A stretch of 63,126 nucleotides of DNA, counting the filler, from Atractiella rhizophila (Eukaryota): assembly GCA_021432655.1 (NCBI GenBank). It is 3 parts of 2 records of this genome, joined end to end, with 100 filler letters (N's around TTAATTAATTAA, not from the genome) between each part and the next. Parts side by side here need not be neighbours in the genome. Positions count along the whole stretch, not along the records: positions 40,175 to 63,126 come from MU271234.1; 2 more parts are not named here. One strand, written 5' to 3'. Shown here piece by piece: positions 61,170 to 63,126 of this stretch (position 1 is its first letter; each line of letters starts with the position of its first letter). The position numbers and the translations under genes were made by a program. Under the pieces are notes generated by a model. It ran no database searches. It had not been told where the DNA came from and saw nothing but the letters and a program-made list of their open reading frames with translations.

Positions 61170-61707
61170 CTCGATTCTAAAAGCTGAGACGGAGCAACTA
61201 AGTTGGGATTGGGATTGCGCCAAAAGCGCTCTCAGCTTTATCTTTGGACACAATCCCGAATTTGATAAGGTGTCAACGCATGACTGGGAACCCGAAAGTC
61301 CCGTTTACCAAAAGCTAAAAGTCCCACCAGCGTACTCACCTGTTGCGTTATTATGTAGCTCAAAGTCGCTTGTTCATTTCGCGGGTTCGACTAAGTCACG
61401 GCACAGAAATCACAAAAATAAAAATGACATGGCTTCCCGCCCGTCCGCCATGACCAGCTGTATTTTTGAACTTCTACAACCGCGGGCAACTTTCTTGAGT
61501 GTCAATATGCTCACGTAGTGTAGTATCACTACAACGGCAGCATCGCCTGTCACTGTCCAGAATCGAGTCCTGGTCGTGTGAGATGAGACGATCAAGAGAA
61601 ACGAGAGTGACGAAAGAGTGATTGTTCATAAAGCAGCTAGAGAGAAGAGCGTTATCCCTATGCCCTTTTATACCCAATCCCCACGAACGTACGCTCGATA
61701 ACCTCAG

Positions 61708-63126
61708 ATGTCTGCCATGTCACCATCAAATTCTACGAACGCAGCCCAAGTCCTTTGCGCCTTCCCTTTATCGGGACAGTATGGGGCATTGCAAAGACTT
61801 CTCTATTACTGTTTACTCGGTTTGTGCATTTTCGGTAGGAAGAACGATTGGTTAAGGTGTGTTCGTTCGTTCCTCTTTCTCTATTGCAGAGTTTGTCTAA
61901 AGCGTATTGCACTCATCACAAAGGAGCGCTTGTCTAGGAGGCACTTTGGTTTATGCCGCTGTCGCCTCAACGCACGGAATCGTTTTGGCCATCACTCGAG
62001 CTGTGAGTTATTCCTCTTCAAGTTGCAAGTCTGCAGGACGTAATTTTTATTGTGTTGTGCATAGGATGGAGCAGTGGACATGGTACGCCATTCCCTATTA
62101 CTTTTTCTGACACAGTTGTGACAAACCTTCTAGGACATATACGGAGCTTTCCAAGTCGCTGCAGCGGCGGTATTGGCTGCACCAATGATGTTGAGGTATT
62201 CTTCGACATATTTCAACCTTCCCGGAAGGAACATAATTTTCGTTTGGACAGTCATCAACCTAGCAGGTAGAGTATTCCTTCTTTCTCCTCGTGCGCTACC
62301 CGCTTGAACGCAAAGCTCATTCCTGATCAACACAGGCCTGCTCTCCCTAGTCTACAACTTCTACAAAGCACACGCGACTGACTGTCTCTCCCCAACGGGC
62401 GGAATCATAACTGAATCCGCCTTCCAATACTACACGATGGACTGTTCGCTACAATGCGAGGCCAAACATTCATCCTTACGTGTGGACGCAAACAACAACA
62501 TCTACGTGATCCGTGCTCCTTCTCGAGGTCTGACGCTGGACAGTGCCACGCTCCTTTGCGCTTCATGTTGCATCCCAGCGCGACCTTAAGCATCTTTTTC
62601 ATGTGGCGAAAGGTCGCCGAAGCCAATTGGAAACTCATTACTAGAGCTACCTCTGCTGAAGAAGAGGAGGAACAAACGGAATTGCATCCGAATGATGCAG
62701 CGGAACAAAAGATGGATCTCATCATTCGCACCGGACTCAATTTGGTCGAAAGAATATTGTTTTGTGTCTGTATACTCACAATCCTTATCTTGGGAGAAGT
62801 CAATTTCTGGAGCGAGCAGATGAAGGTGGGTACCGAACCGATGGCTTCTGTTGGTACGTCCCTCTTCGTCCCTTTCCCAGATCGTGTTCTATATAAATCT
62901 GATGTCCATTCTCTCATCCAGGCCAATGGGCTCCAATCGTAGGCGTCGGATTTGCAGCTATTGGATCTCTGTACGCATCATGGGCGAAACCACCAATCCA
63001 GGTCATACAACGGATCGAGCTAGGGATCGTACAGGTTAACACGCCTCCTCTTTCCCCCACTCCGAATCCGAAACCTCCCATCCCATTGCTGCAAGTTATC
63101 CAACCCTCCGTCAACCCCTCTCCTCG
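61708..63126 (+). CDS. Uncharacterised fungal multi-pass membrane protein with an apparent frameshift near 62580; runs off the window
   Basis: CAFPLSGQYG...LYY, GAVDM-DIYGAFQ, TYFNLPGRNIIFVW, CCIPA, GEVNFWSEQM and EPMASVGQW match a fungal membrane family recalled from memory. Confidence 0.7.

Overview
A 63-kb window of a draft fungal genome. The short (about 43-60 nt) introns with relaxed donors and the protein families suggest a basidiomycete, probably Pucciniomycotina; the taxonomy is my inference. It has four N gaps, two of which carry an artificial TTAATTAATTAA linker, so adjacency across 20300-20399 and 40075-40174 is not reliable. Recognisable genes are STE24 (truncated), a CYP52-clan/CYP63-like P450, a GNAT acetyltransferase, ARF6, ATG4, LSM3, a Pho85-type cyclin, ATG27, PCC1, MAP1, LOC1, NOG1 (partial), an ESA1 5' fragment, a NimA/Nek2 kinase, CFT1/CPSF160, thymidylate synthase, MGS1/WRNIP1 and a secreted choice-of-anchor-B-like protein. 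There are also several orphan or membrane genes and two stop-riddled pseudogenes. The most unusual signal is two degenerate repeat-like blocks (1-1053 and 40175-42100) with a high TpA/ApT ratio and tracts of 305 and 204 nt with no ApT dinucleotide at all; classical RIP and CpG decay do not explain this. Other notable items are an 835-nt first intron in the polyadenylation factor CFT1, a 2-nt microexon needed for the MAP1 zinc finger, a 7-nt microexon plus GC-AG intron needed for the MGS1 UBZ finger, and four weak-donor GC-AG introns. All gene models and counts were made by hand and no database search was run.
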